Source: the human T2T-CHM13v2.0 reference genome, Homo sapiens. From it: DNA of 64,000 bases. The stretch lies in NCBI RefSeq assembly GCF_009914755.1, contig NC_060938.1. The stretch is one strand, 5' to 3'. Made by a program: the position numbers and the translations under genes. Below the pieces are notes generated by a model. That model saw nothing but the letters and a program-made list of their open reading frames with translations. It did not search any database and was not told the origin of the DNA. How positions within the stretch are numbered: position 1 is the stretch's first letter; each line of letters begins with the position of its first letter. Shown here one piece after another: positions 32,020-45,500 of this stretch.

Positions 32020-32199
32020 CTATAATCTGGTTAAAAGTATAGATAATAATTATATAAAAATGAATATTAGAACAAATTTTTTCAAACTTTTAAAGAGAAG
32101 AAAATAGAAAAAGACAGGATTAGAACAATGATTCTTCACAACATATACACTATGAGTTATAGAATGATATCATTGGAGAAGAATCAAGGCAAGTTAATA

Positions 32200-32460
32200 A
32201 TAACTTTTACTTACTGAGCACTTAGTAAGCCTATGATAATTACCAGTTATTATCATATGCCAAATACTGTGCTAAGTATTTTCATAATGTATTATATTCT
32301 ATCAAAATAACTGGTCTATGGGAACAGATTCGATATCCTGTTTTCCAGACAAAGCGTAGTTGCAGATACTCAGTAACTAGTCCATACTCACAGGGTCAGT
32401 AAATGACAAGTATTTGAATTCATACTTCCCTGACTCCAACATTTATTATTTTGTCTACTG
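32200..32460 (-). mobile_element. Degraded MIR
   Basis: 'tatgccaaatactgtgctaagtatttt...gtaactagtccatactcacag...tttgaattca...ctgactccaa'. Confidence 0.55.
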
Positions 32461-33505
32461 AGCTATGTATATTTTTAATATCATAAGCTATCTCCAGACT
32501 CAGAGATAATATACAACTCTTAGACTGTGGCTCCCTGAGAGCATGTTAATTAATGAGAACCTCAACCTAAGACTTAAACTAAACCCCAAACTTATGTCTA
32601 ATCCTAACCCTACCTCTGGAAATAGTAATAATCTCAATTATCTTGCTTCTCTATGAAGGTGTTGTATTTTGAGAGGAGAGGCCAGGCATTTCTGTTGGTG
32701 AGGCTGGTGAAATAGTGCAGGCCTGAATATGCAGACTTCAAACCTTTCTCATTTCGGGAGTCTGATTCATGATAGGCAACAATCTCAGAATTGCAATGTG
32801 TCAGCACAACATTTAATGTTCTCTGAGGATGCATGTCCAATGTGCATCATGGTGGGGCTCTGCTTCACAGCCATTGAGAGACCATTCAGAAGAGCACATG
32901 GGTCAGAGAAGTGTACAGACAGAAAGCACACCTTCATGTCCATTCTCATCCCGGAAACGGCACGATTCACTTCTAGATTCATTGCCTAGAATTAGTTTCA
33001 TGGCTCTCTCTTCATATGGAAGCACATGACATATTTGGTAAATTTTATTTGCCACTAGGGGTAACGAGAAGTACCTGAAAGGCTGTCGAAATCACTTTCT
33101 CTTCACTCTGTGCCAGGGTTTATGTAGACAGAGAATGTGTTTGATGTTATGGGCTTTTCTTGCAAAGTTTTTTAGTCTGTTTTGTATTAAAGTAAGTTCT
33201 CTCAAGAAAGAGTTGCTTAATTAGCAACATTAAAATTTATTTTTATGTATTTAAGAACCATAATTTTCTCATAGTTTTCAGTTAGATTATATGTTAAAAT
33301 TGTTTATTTTCATTGGCATGAATTTTGTAGATTCAGTTTTTTATTCTGATAATATAAATATGACATTTAATTTTTTTGTTAATGGAAATATTGTGCTATA
33401 ATACTTTAAATATATATTATGTAGAGTCATATATTAAAATAATTTCAATAATCTAATTTATATTTTTAATTCTATTGATTTTATAGCATTCATTGTTATC
33501 TCATT

Positions 33506-36500
33506 CTTTTTTAATTTTTAACTTTTGTGGGTACATAGTAGGTACATATATTTGTGGAGTACATGAGATATTTGGATACAGGCATGTAATGTGGAAATCA
33601 TTACTCAGGATTTCTATAGCTACCTCTCATTTCACATCAGGGTAAATGGGGTATCTGCCACCTCAAGCATCTCCATGAGTAAAATTGTTTTAATTTTTAG
33701 ATCCCACAAATAAGTGAGAACATGTGAAATTTGTCTTTCTGTGCGTGGTTTATTTCACTTGACATGATGACCTCCAGTTCCATCCATGTTGTTGCAAATG
33801 ACAGGGTCTCATTTTTTTATGGCTGAAAAGTACTCCATTCTGTATATGTACCACATTTTCTTTATCCGTTCATCTGCTAATGAACATCTAGGTTGCTTTC
33901 AAACCTTGGCTATTGTGAATAGTGCTGCAATGAATGTGGGAGTGCAGATATCTCTTTGATATACTGATTTCATTTCTTTTGGGTATATATCTAGCAGTGA
34001 GATTGCTGGATTATATGGCAGTGCTAATTTTGTTTTTTTGAGGAACTTCCAAGATGTTCTACATAGTGATTGTACTAATTTACATTCCCTCCAACAGTGT
34101 ACCAGGGTTCCCTTTTCTCCACCTCCCCGCCAGCATTTGTTATTGCTTTTCTTTTTGATAAAGGTCATTTTAATGGAGTGAGATAATATCCCATTGTTTT
34201 GATTTGCATTTCTCTGATGATCAGTGATGCTGAGCACCTTTTCATATATCTGTCATTTGTATGTCTTCTTTTGAAAAATGTCTACTCAGACTTTTGCCCA
34301 TTTTAAAATTGGATTATTAGATTTTTTCTATAGAGCTGTTTGAGCTCTTTATATATTCTAGTTATTAATCTTTTGACAGATGGGTAGTTTACAAATATTT
34401 TCTGTCATTCTGTAGGTTGTCTCTTCACTTCGTTGATTGTTTCCTTTGCTGTGTAGAAGCTTTTTAACTTGATGTCATCCCATTTGTTCCCTTTTACTTT
34501 GGTTGTCTGTGCTGGTGAAGTATTACTCAAGAAATTCCAGCCCCATTCAATGTTCTGGAGAGATTACCCGATGTTTTCTTTTAATAGTTTCATAGGGTGA
34601 GGTGTGAGGTCCTAGATGTAAGTATTTAACCCATTTTGATTTGATTTTTGTACAAGGTGAGATAGGAGTCAACTTTTATTCTGCTATAATATCCAGTTAT
34701 CCCAGCACAATTTATTGAAGAGACTATCCTTTCCCCAATATATGTTCTTGGTGTCTTTGTTGAGAATGAGTATCCTATAGATGGATGGATTTATTTCAGG
34801 GTTCTCTAATCTGTTCCATTCATCTATGTGTTTGTTTTTATGCTAGTACCATGCTGTTTTGATCACTATAGCTCTGCAGTGTAATTTGAAGTTAGATAAT
34901 GTGATTTCTCCAGTTTTACTCTTTTTGTTCAGGATAGCTTTGGCTATTCTGCTTTTTGTGGTTCCGTATACATTTTAAGAATTTTTTTTTCTGTTTCTGT
35001 GAAGAATACCATAGATACCTTGATAGACATTGCATTGAAACTATAGGTTGCCTTGGGTAATATGGTCATTTTAACAATATTTATTCTTGCAATCCATGAA
35101 CAGGGAATATTTTTCAATTTTTGTGTCCTCTTCAATTTCATGCATCAAGGTTTTGTAGTTTTTATTGTAGATATCTTTAACTTCTTTAGTTAATTTCTAA
35201 GTATTTTATTTGCAGCTATTGTAAATGGGATTCCTTTCTTGATTTATTTTTCAGATTGTTTGCTGTTGGTACATAGAAATGCTATTGATTTTGTGGATTG
35301 ATGTTCTATCCTGCAAATTTACTGAATTTGTTAATCAATTTCAATAGTGTTTTGGTGGGGTATTTAGTTTTGTACAAACAGAAGGTCATAGCATCAGTAA
35401 AAAAGGATGATTTGACTTTTTCCTTTCCAATTTGAATGGACTTTATTTATTTCATCTTTCTGATTACTCCAGCTAGGACTTTCAGTACTACATTGAATAA
35501 CAGTGGTGAAAGATGGCTTTCTTGTTGTATTTTAGATCGTAAAGGAAAAGCTTTCAGTTTTTTTCCCATTCAGTACAATACTAGCTGTGGGTCTCTTGTA
35601 GATGACTTTTCTTATGATGAGGTATGTTTTTTTAAACCCAGTTTATGGGGTTTAGATAGTAAATGGCTGTTGAATTTTATCAGATGCTTTGTCAGCAGCA
35701 ATTGAAATGATTGTACAGTTTTTGTGCTTCATTCTGTTGATATAATGTGTATCACATTGATTGATTTGCATATGTCAAATCTTTCTTGAATACCAGGGAT
35801 AAATTCCACTTAAACACAATTAATGATCTTTTTATTCTGTTGTTGACTTGGTTTTTTTAGTATTTTCTTGAGGATTTTTGCATCAATATTCATCAGGAAT
35901 ATTGGCCTTTAGTTTCCTATCTCTGATGTATCTTTGTTTGCTTTTGTTATTAGGCTAAAACTTGCCTCATAGAGTAAGATATGAAGTGATTCCTCCTCTA
36001 TGTTTTGGAATAGTTTGAGTAGGACTGCTATTAGTTCTTCTTTAAATGTTTGGTAGAATTCAGCTGTGAAGCCATCATGTCTTGAGCTTTTTGTTGCTGG
36101 AATAATTTTTATTGCAGCTTCTTTCTCATTACTTGTTATTGGTCTGTTCAAGTGTTGGCTTTCTTCATAGTTTAATCTTGGTAGGTTGTGTGTGTCTAAG
36201 AATTTATGTATTTATTCTAGATGTTCCAATTTATTGGCATATAGTTGCTCATAGTAGACACTAACGATCCTTTAAAATTCTGTGGTATGGATTATAGTGT
36301 ATACTTATTCAAATCTGATTTATTTATTTGTGTCTTTTCTCCTTTTCTCATAGTCTGACTAAAGATATGTTCATTGTATTTATCTCTAAAAATAACCCAC
36401 CTTTTTGTTTCATTGATCTTTTGTATTGTTTTCATAATTTCAAATTTACTTATTTCTGCTCTGATCTTTTTTTTTATTTCAATAGGTTTTTGGGGAACAA

Positions 36501-39500
36501 GTGGTGTTTGGTTACATGGATACATTCTTTAGTGGTGATTTCTAAAATTCCAGTGCATCCATCACCCAAGCAGTGTACACTGTACCCAATGTATAGTCTT
36601 TTATCCCTCACTCCCCTCCCACCCTTCCCTCTGAGTCCTCAAAGTCCATTGTATCATTCTTATGCCTTTGCATCCCATAGCTTAGCTCCCACTTATAAGT
36701 GAGAACATACAATGTTCAGTTTTCCATTCTGGAGTTACTTAATTTAGAATAATGGTCTCCAGCTCCACCCAGTTTCCTGTAAATGCCATTACTTCATTCC
36801 TTTTTATGGGTGAATAGCATTCCATGGTGTGTATGTGTATATATACATATATATATATATATCACATTTTCTTTATCCGTACATTGGTTGATGGGCATTT
36901 GGGCCAGTTTCATATATTTGCCATTGCAAATTATGCTGCTATAAACATGTGTGCAAATGTCTTTTTCATATGATGACTTATTTTCCTCTGGGTAGATACT
37001 CAGTAGTGGAATTTCAGGATCAAATGGTAGATCTACTTTTAGTTCCTTAAGGAATCTCCACAATGTTTTCCATAATGGTTGTACTACTTTACATTCCCAC
37101 CAACGGTGTAAAAGTGTTCCCTTTTCACCACATCCACACCAACATCTATTATTTTATGATTTTTTTATTATGGCCATTCTTGTGGAAGTAAGGTGGTATC
37201 ACATTGTGGTTTTGATTTGCATTTCCCTGATCATTAGTGATGCTGAGCATTTTTAATGTGTTTGTTGGTCATTTATATATCTTCTTTTGAGAATTGCCTA
37301 TTCATGTCCTTAGTCCACTTTTTGATGGGATTATTTGTTTTTTTCTTGCTGATTTGTTTGAGTTCCTTATTGATTCTGGATATTAGTCCTTTGTTGAATG
37401 CATAGTTTGTGAAGATTTTCTCCCACTTTGTGGGTTGTCTGTTTACTCTGCTAATTATTTATTTTGTGGGGCAGAAGCTTTTTAGTTTAATTAAGTCCCA
37501 TCTATTTATCTTTATTTTTGTTGCATTTGCTTTTGGGTTCTTGGTCATGAAATCTCTGCCTAAGCCAATGTCTAGAGGAATTTTTCTGATGTTATCTTCC
37601 AGAATTTTTGTGGTATCAGGTCCTAGATTTAAGTTTTTGATGATATTGAGTTGATTTCAGTATAAGGAGAGAGGTGAGGATCCAGTTTTATTCTTCTCCA
37701 TGTGGCTAGCCAATTATCCCTGTACCATTTGTTGAATAGGGTGTCCGTTTGTGTTTTTGTTTGCTTTGTTGAAGATCACTTGCCTGTAAGTATTTGGGTT
37801 TATTTCTGGGTTCTCTAGTCTGTTCCATTGGTCTATGTGCCTATTTTTATACCAGTACCATGCTATTTTGGTGTCTATAGCTTTATAGTATAGTTTGAAG
37901 TCAGGTAATGTGATGCCTTGAAATTTGTCCTTTTTGCTTAGTCTTGCGTTGGCTATGCAGGCTCTTTTTTGGTTCTATATGAATTTTAGGATTGTTTTTT
38001 CTAGTTCTGTGAAGAATGATGATGGCAATTTGGAGAAAATTGAGTTAAATTTGTAGATTGCTTTTGGCATTTTTACAATATTGATTCTACTCATCCATGA
38101 GCATGAAATGTGTTTCCATTTGCTTGTGTCATCTATGATTTACTTCAGCAGTGTTTTGTAGTTTTCCTTGTAAAAGTCATTCACATTTTGAGGATATTCC
38201 TGTTAAGGATATTCCCAAGTATTTTATTTTTTTACTTATTTTATTTCATTTTTGCCACTATTGTAAAAGTGGTCAGGTTCTTGATTTGATTCTTAGCTTG
38301 CTCACTGTTGGTGTGTAGCAGTGCTACTGATCTGTGTAGATTGATTTTGTGTCCTAAAACTTTACTGAATTCATCTACGAGATCTAGGAGCTTTTTTGAT
38401 GAGTATTTGGAGTTTTCTAGGCATACACTCATATCATGGGTAAACAGCAACAGTTTGTCTTGTTATTGACTGATTTGAACGACCTTTCTTTTTTTCTCGT
38501 CTTATTGGTCTGGTTATTGCTTCCAGTACTATGTTGAAAAGAAGTGGTGACGTTGGGCATCCTTGTCTTGTTTCAGTTCTCAGTGGGAATTCTTTCAAAT
38601 TTTCCCCTTCAGTATAATGTTGGCTGTGGGTTTTTCACAGATAGCTATTATTACCTTAAACTATACCCCTTCTAGGTAGATTTTATTGATGGTTTTAACC
38701 ATAAAGTGATGCTGGATTTTGTCAAATGCTTTTTCTGCATTTATTGAGATAATTATGTGATTTTTATTTTAAATTCTGTTTATGTGGTGTATCACATTTA
38801 TTGACTTGCATATGTTAAACTATCCTTGCATTCATAGCATGAAACCCACTTGATCGTGGTGGCTTATCTTTTGTATATGTTGTCGGACTCAGTTAGCTAG
38901 GATTTTGTTGAGGATTTTTGCATCTGTATTCATCAGGGATATTGGTCTGTAGTTTCCTTTTTTTGTTATGTCCTTTCCTGGTTTTGGTGTTAGGGTGGTA
39001 CTGGCTTCATAAAATAATTTGGTTAAAATTCCCTCTTTCTCTATCTTATGGAATCTTATCTAATACTTTCAACAAGATTGGTACCAATTCTTCTTTGAAT
39101 GTCTAATATAATTCAGCTGTGAATCCATCTGGTCTTGGACATTTTTTGGTTGGAAATTATTTTATTACCACTTCAAACTCACTGCTTGTTATTGGTCTAT
39201 TCAGAGTTTCTATTTCTTACTGATTTAATCTAGGAGGGTTGTGTATTTTCAGGAATTTATCCATCTCCTCTAGGTTTTTTAGTTTGTGCATATAAAGGGG
39301 TTCATAGTATCCTTGAATGATCTTTTGTATTTCTGTGGTATTGGTTGTAATATCTTTTATTTCATTTCTAATTGAGCTTATTTGAATCTTCTGTCTTCTT
39401 TTCTTGGTTAACCTCACTAATGGCTTACCAATTTTATCTATCTTTTTAAAGAATCAGCATTTTGCTTCGTTTATCTTTTGTATTTTTTGTTTGCATTTCA

Positions 39501-42500
39501 TTTAGTCCTTCTCTGATCATTGTTATTTCCTTTCTTCTGTTGGGTTTGTTCCTGTTTCTCTAGTTCCTTGAGATGTGACCTTAATTGTCTATTTGTGCTG
39601 TTTCAGACTTTTTGACATAAGCGATTAATGCTATGAACTTTTCTCTTAGCACTGCTTTTGCTGTATCCCAGAGTTTTTGATAGGTTATATTACTATTGTC
39701 ATTCAGTTCAAAGATTTTTTTAAATTTCCATCTTGATTTCATTATCGACCAACAATCTTTCAGGAGTGGATTATTTAATTTTATATATTTACATAATTTT
39801 GAGGATTCCATTTGGAATTGATTTACAATATTATTGCACTGCTGTCTGAGAGAATACTCAAGATAATTTTGATTTTCTTAAACTTATTGAGACTTGTTTT
39901 GTGGCCTATCATATGATCTATCTTGGAGAATGTTCCATGTGCTGATGAATATAATGTATGTTCTGCAGTTGTTAAGTAGAATGTTCTGTAAATGTCTGTT
40001 AACATCCATTCTTTTCTAGGGTATCGTTTAAGTCCATTGTTTCTTTGTTGACTTTCTGTCCTGATGATTGTCTAGTGCTGTCAATGGGGTATTGAATTCC
40101 CCCACTATTATTGTGTTGCTATCTATCTCATTTCTTATATCTAATATTAATTGTTTTATAAATTTGGGAGCTCCAGTGTTACAATATATATTTAGGATTG
40201 TGATGTTTTCCTGTTGGACTAGTCCTTTTATCATTCACTATATAATGTCCCTCTTTGTCTTTTTTAACTGTTGTTGCCTTAAAGTTTGTTTTATCTGATA
40301 TAAGAATAGCTACTCCTACTCATTTTCGGTGTCCATTTGCATGGAATATCTTTTTCTGCCTTTTAACCTTCAGTTTATGTGGGTCCTTATGTGTTAAGTG
40401 AGTCTCTTGAAGACAGCAGATACTTGGTTGGTGAATTCTTATCCAATCTGCCACTCTGTATCTTGTAAGTAGAGCATTTAGCTCATTTACATTCAATGTT
40501 AGTATTGAGATGTGAGGTACTATTGTATTAATCCTGCTAGCTGTTGTGGGAAGACTTCGTTATTTTCTTCATCGTGTTATTGTTTTATAGGCCCTGTGAG
40601 ATTTATGCTTTAAGGAGGTTCTATTCTGGTGTATTTAGAGGTTTTGTTTCAAGATTTAGAACTCCTTTTAGAAGTTCTTGTAGTGCTGGCTTGGTAGTGG
40701 AGAATTCTCTCAGCATTTGTTTGTCTGAAAAGGACTTTATCTCTCCATGTATGAAGTGTAGTTTTGCTAGATACAAAATTTTTGGCTGATAATTGTCTTG
40801 TTTAAGGAATCTAGATACAGAATTCTCAGCTGATAATTGTTTTGTTTAAGGGGGCTAAAGACAGGACCCAGTTACTTCTAGCTTGCAGGGTTTCTGCTGA
40901 GAATACTGCTGTTAATCTGATAGATTTTCCTTTATAGGTTACCTGACTCTTTTGCTTCACATCCCTTAAGATTCTTCATGTTGACTTTAGATAACCTGAT
41001 GACTATGTGCCTAGGCAGTGTTCTTTTTGCAGTGAATTTCCCAGGTGTTCTTTGTGCTTCTTGTATTTGGATGTCTAGGTCTCTAGCAAGGCCAGGGAAG
41101 TTTTCCTTGATTATTTTCTCAAATAAGTTTTCCAAACTTTTAGATTTCTCTTTTACTTCAGGAACACAAATTATTCTTAGGTTTGGTCATTTAATATAAT
41201 CACAACTATTGGAGGCTTTACTCATTTTTTAAATTCTTTTTTTCTTTGTCTTCATTGGATTGGGTTGATTCTAAAGCCTTGTTTTCAAGCTCTGAAGTTC
41301 TTTCTTTTATTTGTTTGATTCTATTGTTGAAACTTTCCAGTGTATTTTGCATGTCTCTTAGTGTGTCTTTCATTTCCAGAAGTTGTGATTATTTTTAATT
41401 TATGGTATCTATTTCTCTGGAGATTTTTTTCATCTATATCCTATATTATTTTTAAAATTCCTTTAACTTGGTTTTCACCTTTCTCTGGTGCCTCCTTAAG
41501 TAGCTCAATAATCAACCTTCTGAATTCTTTTTTTTCTGGCAAATCAGAGATTTCTTTTCAGTTTGGATCTATTGCTGGTTATCTAGTGTGATCTTTTAGG
41601 GGTGTTAAAGAATCTTGCTTTGTTATATTACCAGAATTGTTTTTCTGGTTTCTTCTCATTTGAGCACACTATGTCAGAGGAAAGATCTAGGATTCAGGGG
41701 CTGCTGTCCAGATTCTTTTGTCCCAAAGGGTGATCCCTTGATGTGGTGCTCTCCTCCTTCCCCTAGAGATGGGGCTTCCTGAGAGCTAGACTGCAGTGAT
41801 TTTTATTGCTTTTCTGAGTCTAGCCACCCCGTGGAGCCATCAGGCCTTGGGCTGGTACTGGGGAGTGTCTACAAAGTGTCCTGTGATGTGATTTGTCTTC
41901 AGGTCTCTCAGCTGTGGATACAGCCTCCTTCTGCAGTGGAGGTAGCAGGGGAGTGATTTGGACTCTGTGAAGGTCCTTGGTTTTAGTTTTGTTTAGTATG
42001 CTGGTTTTCTCAAACGCTAGTTGTGCAGGCAGTGAAGTTGTCACATGGACAGACTCAAGACCTCCGGTTAGTCAGGATATTACAGGTGGTAGAATTAGCT
42101 GTTGTTTTCTCCTTTCTTGGAGCAGGGTCATTCTTTTATGAATTGCTGTAATGGCTTGAGTTGGTTAGCTTCCAGCCAGGAGGTGGTGCTTTCAAGACAG
42201 CATCAGCTGCAGTAGTATAGCGTGGATACAAGCTTGCCATAGGGTCACTTGGATAGGCATTTTGGTTTCTCAGGCTATGGGAAGAGCCATAGAACTCCCA
42301 AGAGATTATGTCTTTTGTCATTGGCTACCAGGGTGGGTAGAGAAAGTCCACTAGGAGCAGGGTTAGATGTGTCTGAGCTCAGACTCTTCATGGGTGCGGC
42401 TTCTTGCAGCTGCTGTGAGAGATGGAGGTGTGGTTCTCAGGCCAATGGGGTTATGTTCCCAGGGGGATTATGTCCACCTCTGCTGCATCATACAGGTCAC

Positions 42501-45500
42501 CAGGGAAGTGGGGGTAACACCAGCAATGACAGGTCTTACCCAGCTCCCATGCCACCAGCAAGGTCAGTCTCACTCCCTCCATGCTTCATCAACAGCACTG
42601 AGTTTATATCCAGGTATCTGGCTGAGATCTTGCTCCAGTCTACATGCCTTCTCACTGAGAAAGCAAGCAGGGCTTTCAGGACTCACCCCTTCCACCCTGC
42701 CATGGCTTCTGTGCTCTTTTCTGTACTTCCTATTCACCCCCCTGCTACCTAACCCCAGATTCTGCCCAGGAAAATTTACTCTTGGGCAAAATTATTACAA
42801 AGTTCAGCTGAAAGTTTCCTTCTCCCTTTCATCCTTCCCCAAGTCCACTGGCAGCCCTCCCCTAGTACCCCTGTGAGATAAAGTAAAAAATGGCTTCCCA
42901 GGGGGGACTGGGAGTGCCTATTGGGCTCTTCCTGCTGTTCTTCTACTTTCATACTTTGATTAGCTCTCTAAATTCATTTCAGCTCTGGGTAAGGTTAAAT
43001 CCTTCTCCCATGATTTGGATTTTCAGGTTCCCCAGTGAGGATGTGTGTTCAGAGGGGAAGTTTCCCCCTCTCACACTTTGGGCATTCAGTTTTTTGGCTG
43101 TCTAACAAAGTTTGCAGCAGCAAAGCTGTTTATTTCAAACTGAAAATTATTTCAGTTTTCCTGGTATGTTGCTATGGTAGTTCTAGGAGTAAATGTTCAC
43201 AATGTGAGCCTCCACACACTGTTCTGGGGCTGAAAGAACAAAAGAAAAACTTTCATTGCCATTGTAAAGGAAGGACCACAGGTGGAGGTCAGCAACAGAG
43301 GGTTTCTGCTCTGATATTTATTATTTTTTTTCTTCTACGAATTTTGGCTTTAGTTTGTTCTTGCTTCTCCAGTTCTTTAAGATGCATTGTTAGGTTATTT
43401 ATTTGAAGTTTTTCTACTTTTTAATGTAGGCACTTATAGCTATAAATTTTCCTCTCAGTACTACTTTTGCTGTTTCCCATAGGTTTTGGTATATTGTGTT
43501 TCCATTGTCATTTCAAGACAATTTTAAATTACCGTCTTAATTGACCCACTATTATTTCAGCAGCATATTGAGGTATGTTTGCAGAGCTTCCAAAATGCCC
43601 TTGTTATTGATTTGTAGTTTTATTGCATTGTGATCAGAAAAGACACTTGATATTTTTTCTGTTTTTTGAATGTTTTAAGACTTGTTTTGTGCACTATATG
43701 CACAAAATAATATATGGTCTATCCTTGAGAAAGATCAATGTGCTAAGGAGAAGAATGTGTACTCTGTATCCATTGGATAAAATGTTCTGTAAATATCTCT
43801 TAGGTCTATTTCGTCTATAGTGCCAATAAAATCTGATGGTTCCTTGTTATCTGTCTAGAAGATTGGGTCAATCCTGAAAGTGGGTTGCTATGTCTCCAGC
43901 TATTATTATATTGGGATCTATCTCTCTCTTTAGTTCTAATAAAATTTACTTTTTATATCTGGGTGCTCCAGTGTTGGGTGCGTGTAAATTTGCAATAGTT
44001 ACATCCTCTTGTTTAACTGATCACTTTATCATTAGATAGTGACCTTGTTTATCTCTTCGTATAGTTTTTGCCTTGAAATCCTTTTTTATTATATAAGTAT
44101 AAGCTACTTCTGCTCTTCTTTGGCTCCCTTGTCATGGAATATCTTTTTCTGTTTTATTTATTTATTTATTTATTTTTTAGTTTCAGTTATATGTGTCTTT
44201 ATAGGTGAATTGTGTTACTTGTAGGCAGCAGATCATTGGGGTCTCATTTTTTCATCCACTCAGCCACTCTATGTCTTTGATTGCAGAGTTTAGTCCATTT
44301 TAATTCCATGATATTATTGGTAAGTAAGGACTTGCTGTTGCCATTTTATCATTTGTTTTCTGGTTGTTTTGTGGTCTTCTCTTTCTTCTTTTCTTCCTTC
44401 ATGTCTTCCTTTTAGTGAAGGTGATTTTCTCTGCTGGTATGACTTAATTTCTTGCTTTTTTCTCTGTATGTATCCATTGTGTTTTTTTTATTTGAGGTTA
44501 CCATGAGGCTTGCAATACTATATTATAACTTATTATTTTAAGCTAATAACAACTTAACGCTGCTTGTCTAAGCAAACAAACAGGCAAAATAAAAACTCAT
44601 AAAAACTCTACACTATAACTTTGTCTCCCCACTCTTTAACTTTTTATTGTTTCTATTTTTATCTTATTGTACTGTATATGTCTTGAAAAGTTGCTGTAGT
44701 TATTATTTTTGATTGGTTCATCTTTTAACCTTTCTACTTAAAAGTAATTTACACACAACAATTAGAGTATTATAATATTTTGTGGGTTTTTGTGTACTTA
44801 CTAATGCTAGTGAGTTTTGTACCTTCAGATGGTATATTATTGATCGTTAACATCCTTTTTCTTTATGATTGCAGAAATCTCTTTAGCATTTCTTTTGGGG
44901 CAGGTCTGCTGTTGATGAAATGCCTCAGCTTTTGTTTGTTTGTGAAAATCTTTATTTCTTTATCATGTTTGAAGGATATTTTCAGTGGGTATACTCTTTT
45001 ATGGTAAAAGGTAACAGTGTGTTTTGTTTTTCCTTCAGCACTTAAAATATGTCATGCTACTCTCTTCTGCCCTATAAGGTTTCCACTGAGAAGTCTGCTG
45101 CCAGACATGTTGGAGCTCCATTGTATGTTATCTGTTTCTTTCTCTTCCTTTTACAATTTTTTTCTTTATCATTGACCTTTGGGAGATTAATTATTAAATG
45201 CCTTGAGGTAGTCCCCTTTGAGTTAAATCTGCTTATTATTCTATAACTTTCTTGTACTTGAATGATGACTTCTTCCTCTAAGTTTGGGATATTCTCTGTT
45301 ATTATCCCTTTGAATGAACTTTCTACTTCTATTTCTCTCTGTAACTCTTATTTAAGGCCAGTAACTTAGATTTGCCCTTTTAAGGCTATTTGCTAAATCC
45401 TGTAAGTATGCTTCATTGTTTTTATTCTTTTTTCTTTTGTCTCTTCTGAGTGTGTATTTTCAAATAGTCTGTCTTCAAGCTCTCTAATTCTTCCTTCTTC

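Noticed and set aside
32558-32615. Telomere-like run (aacctcaacctaag...aatcctaaccctacc)
   Set aside because: Only about one perfect CCCTAA-type unit; too degenerate to call an interstitial telomere.
42249-43406. 167/169/123-aa + strand ORFs
   Set aside because: Antisense to the GC-rich L1PB 5'UTR; no protein similarity recognised.
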